This document shows, in pieces, positions 13,055-24,704 of a DNA stretch of 56,854 bases. Both the position numbers and the translations under genes were made by a program. Source of the stretch: Octopus bimaculoides (lineage: Eukaryota); NCBI RefSeq assembly GCF_001194135.2, contig NC_068984.1:128056381-128113234 (forward strand). The letters are read 5' to 3'. The stretch's first letter is position 1. Each line of letters opens with the position of its first letter. The notes below the pieces were generated by a model. That model ran no database searches. It was not told the origin of the DNA and saw nothing but the letters and a program-made list of their open reading frames with translations.

Positions 13055-15126
13055 TACACTATAATCTTCTTTTTATAACATATAAGCAGTTGGTGCAATT
13101 TGAATAAGGTTTGGTTGCTATATATATATATATATCTATTGGAGTGGTCTAAATTTAAAGGTAAATATTAAATTTGAAATAAGTTATTGTTTAAGCCTAT
13201 GAAATTATTCNNNNNNNNNNNNNNNNNNNNNNNNNNNNNNNNNNNNNNNNNNNNNNNNNNNNNNNNNNNNNNNNNNNNNNNNNNNNNNNNNNNNNNNNNN
13301 NNNNNNNNNNNNNNNNNNNNNNNNNNNNNNNNNNNNNNTGTTAGAAAACAGATTTCACAAAAACTGTTTACAAATCACCAGAAATTAATACCGCCCAAAG
13401 CTATCTATTTTTGCTCTAATTAGGCATAAAAGGAAACAGCTTTTATCAACAATTTTAAAATTAATCTAAAGGAAATTAATGCATGCCTTTATCAAAAGAC
13501 TGAAAATGGGAAACAAATACTCAAGGCAATACAAATCTCTAAATGCAATTTTCTTTTTAGATTTTTAAAATAAACAAAGCAAAATGTACACAGAAACAAG
13601 TTTATATCTTTGTGCCACTTTTTGTCTTGGAAATAAAATGAAATTTTCCTATAAATCAAATTTTACTTAAAAAGTAATCTTTTGGCAATGAAGGTTAATC
13701 TTTGACCTTTTAAACCGTTTAAATTATTCTCTACTTTAAAAAAATTACCTACATCCATTTAGACACCTAAGAAAAATTAAATTCTGGTAATTAACTTGGG
13801 CCTTTTAAACCTTTTAAAGTATTCTCTACCTACAAAAAGATTGCTTGTATCCATTTAGACTTAATAAATTACTAAAATTAAATTTTAGTAATTAAGTGAG
13901 TAGCAAAAAAAAATAAAAATAGAAATATTTGTTTCCTGAGGAAACTAAAAATATTGATTTCTTAAGCAACCACAATGGTTGGTTATTTGCTTAGAAAGGT
14001 CAACATGCTTTTGTTTGTTTGTTGTTTTTTTAGCCCTAGAACTCATAAGATTGATAATCCTGTTTCCATTATATAAATGGCCAAGAACACAACATTTCCC
14101 ACTAAACAGAACACTACTCTGTTACAGAGTTCAAGGCCAATAGTTTTTGAAGACAGAGAATAAGTCATTTTCATTAACCCTGGTACTTGACTTGTACTTT
14201 ATTTTAATGACCCTGAAGGGATGAAAGGCCAAATTGATCTCATCAGGATTTGAGCTCAGAACATAAAAATCAGGAAGAAATGCTGCTTAACATTTTTTGT
14301 CTGTCATGCTTAATGATTCTACCAGCTTTGCTGCCTTGCACGTAATTACTATCATAATAGCTGGACTCAAAGCCATGTTTTGTCACATAGAATTCACAAG
14401 TTGATCATGTGAACAAACCCAATCAATGGGTTTTGTTCACATGATTGTCTGGCAGCATGACTAGAATCTTCTGTGAACAGAGCCTACAGATACAGCTCAT
14501 TCCAGTCCTTAGTGAAGTTTGTGGCAGAAGTGATTTAGTCATTGAGTGAAATATTTTCATTTCAACTCATCTTGGCTTAAATACCTGAATATCAGCTCCA
14601 CAAGGCCTTTTTGTTCAAGCAGGTCACATGACCTTGTGATTAAATGAACCTGTTGTTTGTATTGGTCGGCTTCCAGCTGTACAATCACGTTGGCACAACA
14701 GTTTATTTTTCCTTACATGGGAAATTAATCACCAGCTTCTGGGAGCCTACTCTTCCCTATAAGAATGGCAGTTCTCAACTGCTCTAAGTCTTTTGTATGC
14801 ACTGCTGACCACATGCAACTCATCTCCGGCAATGATGTTCTGACACCAGCCAGTCTCTGCTTTCACCTTCTCCACCAGATACCTGTCTACATCATTGCTG
14901 TATAAACATCATACGACCAACAGACCAACAGCTGCCTCTACACACCATACACACCATCAAACAGTACATCAACTTTGTCTACAAGATCAGTCCAGCCTAA
15001 CCACAAAGTCTCTCACACATCCTTGTTGTAACCTATTGTTATTTTATTTCATTTATGGCAATCATTGTATTTTATATCGGAGAATAAATCATCGTTTACC
15101 AGTACTTATTTTATTGACACTAAAGG

Positions 15127-15453
15127 CAGGGCTGTGGAGTCGAAACAAAAATTTCGACTCTGACACTGACTCTGACTCCTCTGCTACTAGCACCTCCGAC
15201 TCTGATTCTGATTCCGACTCCGATTCTGATTCCGACTCTGATCCTGATTCCGACTCCGATTCCGATTCTGACTCCGATTCCGATTCCGACTCCGATTCCA
15301 ACTCCGACTCCGACTCCAATTCCAATTCCGACTCCTACTCTTCTTTCTATGTAATTAAGTGATTGTGGTCTATTTTACCGACTCCAGCTACCCCTTAATT
15401 GTTTCCAACTCTGACCCCGACTCTACGGCTCCGACTCCAAATTCACAGCCCTA
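15127..15453. mobile_element. hAT-like MITE with an internal (GACTCC/GATTCC)n array, nested in a SINE
   Basis: Ends CAGGGCTGTGGAGTCG ... CGACTCCAAATTCACAGCCCTA; flanks actaaagg/atcaaaag resemble a decayed 8-bp TSD. Confidence 0.7.
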
Positions 15454-16184
15454 ATCAAAAGGATGAAAAACAAAGTCAACCTCCATAGAATCAGAACTCA
15501 GAATGCAAGGAAGAACGGAATGCTGCTAAGCATTTTGCTTGGCATACCAACAATTCCACTTAATATTAATTCTCCTGGGCCATACCCTTAAGGGTTTTGA
15601 ACTTTCAAAATATATCTTTACACTATCTCTGTTGCTAATACTAATTCATTTTAATTAGCTGTTAGCTCCGGTGTAATGGTTGACAGCTCAGTATTATTTA
15701 CTTAATCATTCTTAAATTCTCCGAAGTTACAACAATAATTGCAACAATTAAATGAAAAGTAAATGATCTCAGAAACAGCTGTAACTTTTGATTCCAGCTG
15801 TTGTATGAGTTTATAGTCTCATAAACAGAAATAATAAATAATATTGTATGGCATAAAGATTTCATTATTTAGCACATCAAGATTTTCAGAATTAAAACTA
15901 ACGAATAAGCAGAAGTAATTATTAAAAGACCCTTTCAAACTAAATCTTCTTCGTGATGGATGAAGACTGACCTAGGGTTAAATAACGATGCTTCCTTCAA
16001 CAACATCAGCACCTTCGTCACCACTACACTACCGCAATAAACATTAACACCTCCACTCATACTACTACCAACACCATGTTCATCACCATCATCATCACCA
16101 TCATCATCACCATCATCAACACCAGCAGCAGCAGCTGCAGCACTGTCATTACCACTACGAGGCTATTATCACTAACTCCACCAT

Positions 16185-17240
16185 CATCATCATCATCATC
16201 ATCATCAGCATTTAATGTCCGTTGTCCATGCTGGCATGAGTTGGACGGTTTGAATGGGCTGGCACACTGGAAGGCTGCACCAGACCCCAGTCTGATTTGG
16301 CATGGTTTTCTATGGCTGGATGTCCTTCCTAATGCCAACCACTCCGAGAGTGTAAAGGGTGATTTTATGTGCCATTGGCATGGTGCCATTTGTGTGACAC
16401 TGGGGTCTTTTACATGCCACAGGCACTGGTGCCAATTTGCATATCATCGGTATCTGCCACAACTGCGGTTTTGCTCGGTTTTATGGATCTTATTCTCAAG
16501 CTTGACAATGCCAAAGACCTTGGTCGTTGCCTCCAACAGACACAAAGTGGCTGAGTTCCTTTCAAGTATTGGGCCTCACAGAGGCAATGACTGTGACCTT
16601 TGGTATTATGTCGTGCTTGAGAAACCAATACCATTTCCATTACCAGTACTATTATTACCAACACCACCACCACCACTTCACCATCACCAATACCCCTGTC
16701 ACCAATGCCATCACCACTATTCCATCATCGTCGTCATCATCATTCTTTTAACGTCTGCTTCCCATGCCTGCATGGGTTAGATGGTTTGACATGGAGCTGG
16801 CCAGCGGGGAGCTGTCCAGGTTCTAATTGGCTGTTGTGGCATGGTTTTCTATGACTGGACACCAACCACTTAACAGAGTGTGCTGGGTGCTTCTTACGTG
16901 CCACTGGCATGGGTGTGTTTACACAGCCCTGGTGCAGGTGCCTTTTATGTGGCACCAGCACCTGATTATGACAAGCTTGCATCTGTGAAAACAGTGATTT
17001 TACTTAGCTCGACGCATCTTATCACGTACAGCAAATCGTCACATCTCCCGGTCCCTTGTCATTTTTTCAGTGAGGCCCAGCATCTGAAGATCCTTTCTCA
17101 TCATTTCATCCCATGTCTTCCTGGGTTTACCCCCTTTCACAGGTGCCCTCCACAATTAGAGCTCAGCACATCTTTATGCTGGTGTCTTCATCCATATGCA
17201 TCATATGATCAAACCAGTGCAACCTTCTCTCTTGCACACA
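16185..17240 (-). mobile_element. Two adjacent diverged RTE 3' fragments
   Basis: CATCAT..TTTAA(C/T)GTC tails at about 16200 and 16740, with RT C-terminal remnants. Confidence 0.65.
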
Positions 17241-17249
17241 ACTGATACC

Positions 17250-19055
17250 ATTAAAACCATTGTATTACCACTGCCAGCATTACTACCGCCAATACCTCTG
17301 TCACCAGCACTATCAATACCACTGATACCATTACCACCACTGCCACAACCATTATCACTGCAATCACCACCACAATCACCATCACTACCATCACCTTCAT
17401 CATCATACCATCAATATACCACTACCAAGATCACCGGCACCACCACTATTTCCATCCTCACTACCAACACCACAACCACCGCCAACACCACAACCACCGC
17501 CAACACCATTACTGCTACTCTGACAACCATCATCACCATCACTACCACCACCATCATCATCATCATCATCACCACCTATACCACCACCATCATCACAACT
17601 ATTATCGATACCATTGTCTCCAACATTAACAAAACCGCTGCTACAAGCACTAACAGCCCACTACCGAAAACAACAATGCAAACACCACCAATGGCACTAG
17701 CACCAATACCACAACCATCAATATTACTACCAATACCACCACTACAACCACCATTGCCAGCACCACTACCACCAATACAAAGAAAACCATTACCACACCA
17801 CCAACAATAATGCAATCTCTACCATCACCACAACCATCACCCCTACCACTATCAATTCTACAACCATTACCAACAACACCATCACCACGACAAACACCAT
17901 TGTCACCTCCAGCCATACCACCACCATCACCACCAACATCACCGCCATTATCAACACTGCCACCATCAACACTAACACCACCACCATCAACACTACCACC
18001 ATCAACACTAACACCACCACCACTCCCACTACCACCACCATCAACACTACCACCAATACCAAGAAAACCAGCATCATACCACCACCAACAACGACAAAGT
18101 GATCACTACAACCATCACCACAATCATCACCACAACCATCAACACTACCAGCAATACCAGCAACAAACACCATCGCCAACACCACCTCCACCACCATCAT
18201 CAAAACTACCATCACCACCAACGTCACCACCATTATCAACACTGCCACCATCAATATTAACACCACTACCACTACCACCACCATCAACACTACCACCAAT
18301 ACCAAGAAAACCAACATCATACCAACAACAACAATGTAATCACTACTACCATCACCACAACCATCAACACTACCCCCAATACCATCACCAACACCACCTC
18401 CACCACTGTCATCACCAGCACTACCACCACCACCACCATCATCAACACTGCAACCAATACCGAGGAAACCAACATCATACCGCCACCAACAACAACAATG
18501 TAATCACCACAAACGCCACCACCGCAACCACCACCACAACCATCACCATCAACCCTACCGCCAGCACCACTGCTATCTTTGCATCGTTGCCATCTATTTT
18601 ATATAATCGGTGATCCGTGAAGAATTTCCAATTATTCTGGCAGCAATTTGAAACCTGCACAGTTATTTATTGGTTAGAATATCAGTCACCTGTGAAGTCT
18701 GTGTCACATCTATGACAGAGGACATCGATAAAGACTGTCTCTTGTCTCCAAAAACCATTAACAGACTATCGATGTCAGATGCTGACGTGTCATCTTTAGT
18801 TCTCAGATTCTGCTCTCGGTAAACACAGATGTTTGTGGGGGTTTTTTGTGTTTTTTTAGATTTTTGTTGTGTTTTGCTGGAGTTTTTTTGTTTTTCTTTT
18901 TTTTTATATCTGCATTTGTGTGTTTTGTTGTTGTGTGTTTCTTTGCTGTTTGCAGAAAATATGACGATCACCGGCATCACCGTCACTGACTTCAATATCG
19001 TCATCATTGCAATCACCCACCACCATCACCATCCTTCATGAAACTCATCCTCATT

Positions 19056-19093
<38 letters not shown>

Positions 19094-19240
19094 CACCATC
19101 ATCATCATCATCATCATCATCAACATCATCACCATCATCATCACCATCATCACCATCATCATCATCATCACCATCACCACCATCATCATCATCATCATTG
19201 TTGTTGTCGTCACCAGCATCATCATTATCAGTAAGCAATT
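17250..19240. repeat. Compound (CAC/CAT/ACC)n low-complexity field with internal duplications
   Basis: Trinucleotide mosaics; block ..CCACCATCAACACTACCACCAATACCAAGAAAACC.. at about 18035 and 18280, with related copies at 17760 and 18450. Confidence 0.8.
18678..18818 (+). CDS. Candidate internal exon of an unidentified gene (ISVTCEVCVTSMTEDIDKDCLLSPKTINRLSMSDADVSSLVLRFCS-R); acceptor at 18678 or 18686
   Basis: Island of complex sequence between microsatellites with an open frame, AG acceptors and donor CG|GTAAAC; phase 2 matches the exon at 22675. Confidence 0.55.
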
Positions 19241-19479
19241 GATATATTGATACATATCAAAAGGATCTCAAAAGTCCTTCCTGAGCCGTAAGCTCATAAG
19301 GCCAATTTCCTGGATTTTGTTATCTACTCCCCACCTGGATGGGATGCCAGTCCATCGCAGGATTACTCATTTTTGCCAGCTGAGTGAACTGGAACGTGAA
19401 ATGAAATGTGCAACTCACAAATCCTTCACATCACCCAGTTCAGTAATTGTTACCACAATTTTATTCTTTTCTATTCTAA

Positions 19480-19890
19480 ACACAAGACCAAAAATTTTGT
19501 GGAGGAGGGGGACCAGTTGATTAGATTGACCCCAGTACACAACTGGTACTTAATTTATCAACCCTGAAAGGCAAAGTCAAACTCAGCAGAATTTGAACTC
19601 AGAACGTAAAGACAGACGTAATACTGCTAAGCATTTTATCCAGCATGCTAACATTTCTTATTTCTTTATTGCCCACAAGGAGCTAAACATAGAGGGGACA
19701 AACAAGGACAGACAAAGGGATTAAGTCGATTACATCGACCCCAGTATGCAACTGGTACTTAATTTACCGACCCTAAAAGGATGAAAGGCAAAGTCGACCT
19801 CGGTGGAATTTGAACTCAGAACGTAATGGCAGACGAAATACAGCTAAGCACTTCGCCTGGCATGCTAACGTTTGTGGCAGCTCACTGCTT
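19480..19890 (-). mobile_element. Two consecutive SINE family B copies (others at 1487-1745, 3530-3700, 14130-14340, 35870-36075)
   Basis: Family B consensus match. Confidence 0.8.
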
Positions 19891-20091
19891 TTTACCACAA
19901 TCTTATTATCATGAGTGCAACACCTTAACCCAGTGTTTCTCAACCTTTTTACCCATGCGTAACCCTTCAAATAAATTACATGTCTGAAGGAACCCCTGCA
20001 CAAAAAAATTATATACCATCTCTCATTCTCTTTCTCATTTTTTTCATCATAGTTCACGTGGTAAATATGATATATATATATATATATATAT

Positions 20092-20375
20092 CATCATCAT
20101 CGTTTAACGTCCACTTTCCATGCTAGCATGGGTTGGACGATTTGACTGAGGACTGGTGCAACCGGATGGCTACACCAGGCTCCAATCTAATTTGGCAGAG
20201 TTTCTACAGCTGGATGCCCTTCCTAACGCCAACCACTCAGAGAGTGTAGTGGGTGCTTTTACGTGTCACCCGCACGAAAACGGCCACGCTCGAAATGGTG
20301 TCTTTTATGTGCCACCCGCAGAAGCCAGTCCAGGGGCACTGGCAACGATCTTACTTGGCTTGCCGGGTCTTCTCA
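20092..20375 (-). mobile_element. RTE LINE 3' fragment
   Basis: Near-identical to 8630-8817 plus 9113-9190. Confidence 0.8.
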
Positions 20376-20779
20376 ATCCAATGGTTGTTGTATTTTTTTG
20401 ATAGAATAATGGGTTAGACAGGATGATGTCTATATTACAATATTACCATAACCAACAATATGTTGTCCTAAACCAGGACTGCCATGTTATGTTGACAAAC
20501 AATCTTTACCACAAGGTGCTGTTGCTGAGTATCTCGCGTTGTGAGATTTGGAGGTAGTGATTCTCTAATTTATAAATCAGTGGCTAGTTGTCACTTTGAA
20601 AACTATATATTTCGAACGGGAATTTGGCAGTGCCACCTCTAGTCGAACAATTTTGTTGTTTTTTGAAGAATACTAAGCGAAATTTTTGTACAAAGCCATC
20701 ATCGTTGGGTGGTAGGGAAACAATTTAAAAAATGAAAATTTATACAGAAGCTACTGGAGGTCGAGATGCCATAGACCCG

Positions 20780-21603
20780 TCATTGCTTGAGAGGACCCAT
20801 CAAGCCAAGTGCACCTCTCTGAGAGGACCCATCAAGCCAAGTGCACCTGCTTGAGAGGAGCCATCAATCCAAGTGCACTCGTGCTGGTTGCATGTAAAGA
20901 ACACCTTTCAAGCATTGGGTCTTACGGAGGCAAAGTAGCTGAGTTCCTTTCAAGCACTGGGCCTCACGGAAGTAAAGTGGCTGAGTTCCTTTTAAGTGCT
21001 GGGCCTCACAGAGGCAAAATGGCTGAGTTCCTTTCAAGCGTTGGGCCTCACAGAGGCAAAATGGCTGAGTTCCTTTTAAGTGCTGGGCCTCACAGAGGCA
21101 NNNNNNNNNNCAAAATGGCTGAGTTCCTTTCAAGCGTTGGGCCTCACAGAGGCAAAATGGCTGAGTTCCTTTTAAGTGCTGGGCCTCACAGAGGCAAAAT
21201 GGCTGAGTTCCTTTCAAGCGTTGGGCCTCACAGGGGCAAAATGGCTGAGTTCCTTTCAAGTGCTGGGTCTCACGGAGGCAATGGTCAAGACCTTTGGCCT
21301 TATGTTGCGCTTGAGAAGACTTATCAAGACAAGCAAAATTGCAGTCGTGGCAGATACCAGTGTCACACAAATTGGCACATGTGCCGGTGACATGTAAAAG
21401 CACTCTGGTGTCACTCTGGTGTCAAAGCAACCATTATACTCTCGGAGTGGTTGGCATTAGAAAAGGCATCCAGCTATAGAAAACCATATCAAATCAGACT
21501 GGAGTCTGGTACAGCCTTCCAGCGTGGCAGCCCAGTCAAACTATCCAAGCCGTGCCAGCATGGACAACGGACGTTAAATGATGATGATGATGATGATGAT
21601 GAC
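20780..21603 (+). mobile_element. Diverged RTE 3' fragment with internal tandem amplifications
   Basis: RTE 3' UTR and (GAT)n tail at 21575-21603; 32-bp x3 and 42-bp x8 internal arrays. Confidence 0.7.
20929..21277. repeat. 42-bp minisatellite with alternating A/B variants
   Basis: Unit GGCAAAATGGCTGAGTTCCTTT(C/T)AAG(CGT/TGC)TGGGCCTCACAGA, at least 8 copies, with a 10-N gap. Confidence 0.9.
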
Positions 21604-22136
21604 ATACTGTCTAAATATCAATTTTGAGAAATTAGGCTTCTCAAATCTAGAGAGGAGAAAGCTGATTCAAAGACTACAGATCCAATCCATCACTGGAACT
21701 ATAAAAATCTGTAAAATTTTCCAGAAGTTTACCACTTAAGTATATATGAGCATGTTTAGATATGCAACTATATGTATGAGAATACATACATAAAGCAAAA
21801 CATACAAATCTGCTCACATACATACATATGAAAATAGCCTATTGATGTTGTTTAAATTCCAATGAAGGAGCTTTGATCTAGGTTGGAAACCAGCTCTTTT
21901 TCTATCGGCAAGTGATTTCAAAATAAGACCGAATAATGACATACATACACACATACATACATATATGTACGTATATCATTTATATATTTTGTATACATAT
22001 ATTCAGACATACAGACATTGCATTCAATACAATGTGTGCCATGTAGATATCTTTTGATATAATTTAAAGGTGACACTTGGAACAGAAACATGAAGTAATT
22101 GTTTGAAGTTTCAGTTTCGAATTATATTATGTAATT

Positions 22137-22177
<41 letters not shown>

Positions 22178-22441
22178 CATCTGTGTCTGTGTGCGCATGC
22201 ATGTGTGTGCGGCTGTGCGTGTGTGTGTGGATGGGTGTGTGTGTGAGTGAATAAGTGTGCATGTATGTATTGTGTGTGTATGTGTGTGTGTGTGTATATA
22301 AATGTATCTATGTATGCATATATATACACAACATATATATATATACATACATACATACATACATATATATGCATATTGCATATATATATAGATATATACA
22401 TATATATGCCTATAAATTCTTATAAAGAATTTATCCTATAT

Positions 22442-22478
<37 letters not shown>

Positions 22479-22674
22479 AATACATACATACATACATACA
22501 TATACACATATGTACCCATTCACTCATGTGCACGCATGTGTGTATGTATGTGTGCGTGTGTGCATGAGCACGCATATGTGTGTGTTTGTGTGTGCTTGCA
22601 TGTGTGTGTGTGTGTGTAAACCATATTGCTGTGAATACAATTTTACAATTGAATTCAAAAAATATATTCTACAG

Positions 22675-22768
22675 AGTAATTGATTTAGAAAGAACTCTGC
22701 AGAAATTAAATTCTGGAGAACCAGAGAATAAATATACGAACATCCCAAAGGATTTAACTTCTGTTTAG
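22675..22768 (+). CDS. Candidate terminal exon of the same unidentified gene (R-VIDLERTLQKLNSGEPENKYTNIPKDLTSV*)
   Basis: Acceptor attctacAG; CG|A gives Arg in frame with the 18818 donor; protein-like composition; TAG stop. Confidence 0.55.
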
Positions 22769-23104
22769 TTCTCTCTAAACCAATTACTTCATAGAATTAT
22801 TATTTTTTTCCTTCAATTCCATCATAGATCTGTATTCCCAACATTATAGTTCAAACAATCGTAATCATAAGTTTAAAATCAAATTTCTTTAATTTTTAGT
22901 ATGAATATTTATAGGCACAGAAGTGGTTGTGTGGTAAGAAGTTTGCTTCCCAGTCACATGGTTCCAGATTCAGTCCTGTTGCTTGGTACTTTGGGTAAGT
23001 GTCTTTTACAATGGCAGTAGACTCGCCAAGGCCTTGTTGGTGGATATGGTAGGCAGAAACAGAAAGACACCTGTTTTATACATATATGTGTGTGTGTGTA
23101 TTCC

Positions 23105-23360
23105 TGTGCAGGTGGCATGTAAAATACACCACTTTGAGCATAGCCATTGCCAGTACCGCCTAACTGGCCCTTGTGCCGGTGGTACATAAAAGCACTCACT
23201 ACACTCTCGGAGTGGTTGGTGTTAGGAAGGGCATCCAGCTGTAGAAACTCTGCCAAATCAGATTGGAGCCTGGTGTAGCCATCTGGTTCGCCAGTCCTCA
23301 GTCAAATCGTCCAACCGATGCTAGCATGGAAAGCAGACAGTAAACGATGATGATGATGAT
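23105..23360 (+). mobile_element. RTE 3' fragment
   Basis: Shared 3' UTR and (GAT)n tail. Confidence 0.75.
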
Positions 23361-23371
23361 ATATATATATA

Positions 23372-23647
23372 CAGTAATCCCTCAACTATCGTGGGTGTTA
23401 CATTCCAAACTCCACCCCCTGCCCGCAATAGGTGAAAATCCACAAAGTAGAAACAGTATTCTACTTTATTTATTTATTTATGTGTTTCAGCCAAGTGGTG
23501 CACCTTTTTCATTATTTTTATAATTTTTATATACTTATCTTATTAGAAATGCAAAACAACACCACAGAGGAATCAGCGTAAGCTTAAATAGTAAACCGCA
23601 ATAGGTGAACTGCAGCAGGTGAACCGTGATATGGTGAGAGATTACTG
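23372..23647. mobile_element. Tigger/pogo-like MITE
   Basis: TIRs CAGTAATCCCTC / GAGAGATTACTG in a TA context. Confidence 0.65.
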
Positions 23648-23659
23648 ATACATATATAT

Positions 23660-24140
23660 TATGTCATACCTTGGTACTATGTGGACTAAAATCCCTGTTG
23701 ACAGGCCACTGGTATTTATAGAGTGTTAAATACTTTTGGTATGCAAATTAGGGACTCCTTCATAGAGTAACTGCTGCATTTGTTGAGTATATAAACAGTT
23801 TGGCTGATTATCTCTCCGGAGACTGTTAGGATGATGTAGACACCTCTGATGAGAACCCAATAAGGTTTGAAAATTAATTAAGGTGGTTCATCATTTTTAC
23901 AGTCTGCGGAGAAATGGCTAAAATTTGCCTTGTTTATAATTATACCATATGTTACATATATATGCTTGATTGCTAAATCCATATGTTTTTTTATTCTCTC
24001 TCTATTTATTTTCTCTTATTTCTTTCTGTTGAAGAGCATAGGCTTGAATCGTAAAATACTTTCACACTTTCCTGAGTGTCAAACTAATACACCTGCTTAT
24101 TGTTCATGCACCCATCTTTTGTTTTTCTGCAAATTTCAGC
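23660..24140 (+). mobile_element. Non-autonomous Penelope-like/retrozyme-like element carrying hammerhead motifs
   Basis: Contains the 23846 hammerhead and a variant motif at 24021; its 3' part is homologous to 56420-56845. Boundaries approximate. Confidence 0.5.
23813..23912 (+). ncRNA. Minimal type I hammerhead ribozyme (Penelope/retrozyme type)
   Basis: CACCT-CTGATGA-GAACC(caataa)GGTTT-GAAA-ATTAATT-A-AGGTG. Stem I extends through ATGATG/CATCAT, GACTGT/ACAGTC and TCTCCG/CGGAGA; stem III is the palindrome AATTAATT. Confidence 0.8.
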
Positions 24141-24171
<31 letters not shown>

Positions 24172-24329
24172 TCCATCTACAATATTCACTCAAAGGCATT
24201 GGTAGATTCTGAGCTATAGTAGAAAACACTTGGCCAGGGTGCCACACAGTGGGACTGAACCCAAAATCAAGCTTCTAAACCACACAGCCATGCCTGTGCC
24301 TACATATATTATCTTTATTTTATCTTTTA

Positions 24330-24522
24330 TCTTTTCAGTCACTAGTCCATACTGGAGCACTGCCTTGAAGAATCTCTAGTCTAATTAATCAACCCCAGCA
24401 CTTTTTTTTAAGCCTGGTACTTATTCTATTGGTCTGTTTTGATGAACCACTAAGTTACAGAGATGTTAATACACCAACACCAGTTGTTCAAGCAGTGGCA
24501 GAAGACAAACACATAAACATAG

Positions 24523-24556
<34 letters not shown>

Positions 24557-24704
24557 TGAGTTTCTTTCAGATTCTGTCTACCAAATTCGCTCTGAAGGCT
24601 TTGGTCAGCCCAAGGCTATAGTAGAAGTCATTTGCCCAAAGTGTCATGCAGTGGAACTGAACCTGGAATCATATGATTGAGAAGAAAGCTTCTTACCACT
24701 CAGC
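24330..24704 (-). mobile_element. SINE family A (another partial copy at 24165-24305)
   Basis: Reverse-complement match. Confidence 0.75.

Noticed and set aside
14895-15362. Ser-Asp repeat ORF resembling staphylococcal Sdr proteins or dentin phosphoprotein
   Set aside because: The array lies between MITE TIRs inside a SINE, and the rest of the ORF is not protein-like.
19007-19255. Poly-His/Asp/Met/Ile ORFs
   Set aside because: Pure (CAT)n microsatellite read in six frames.
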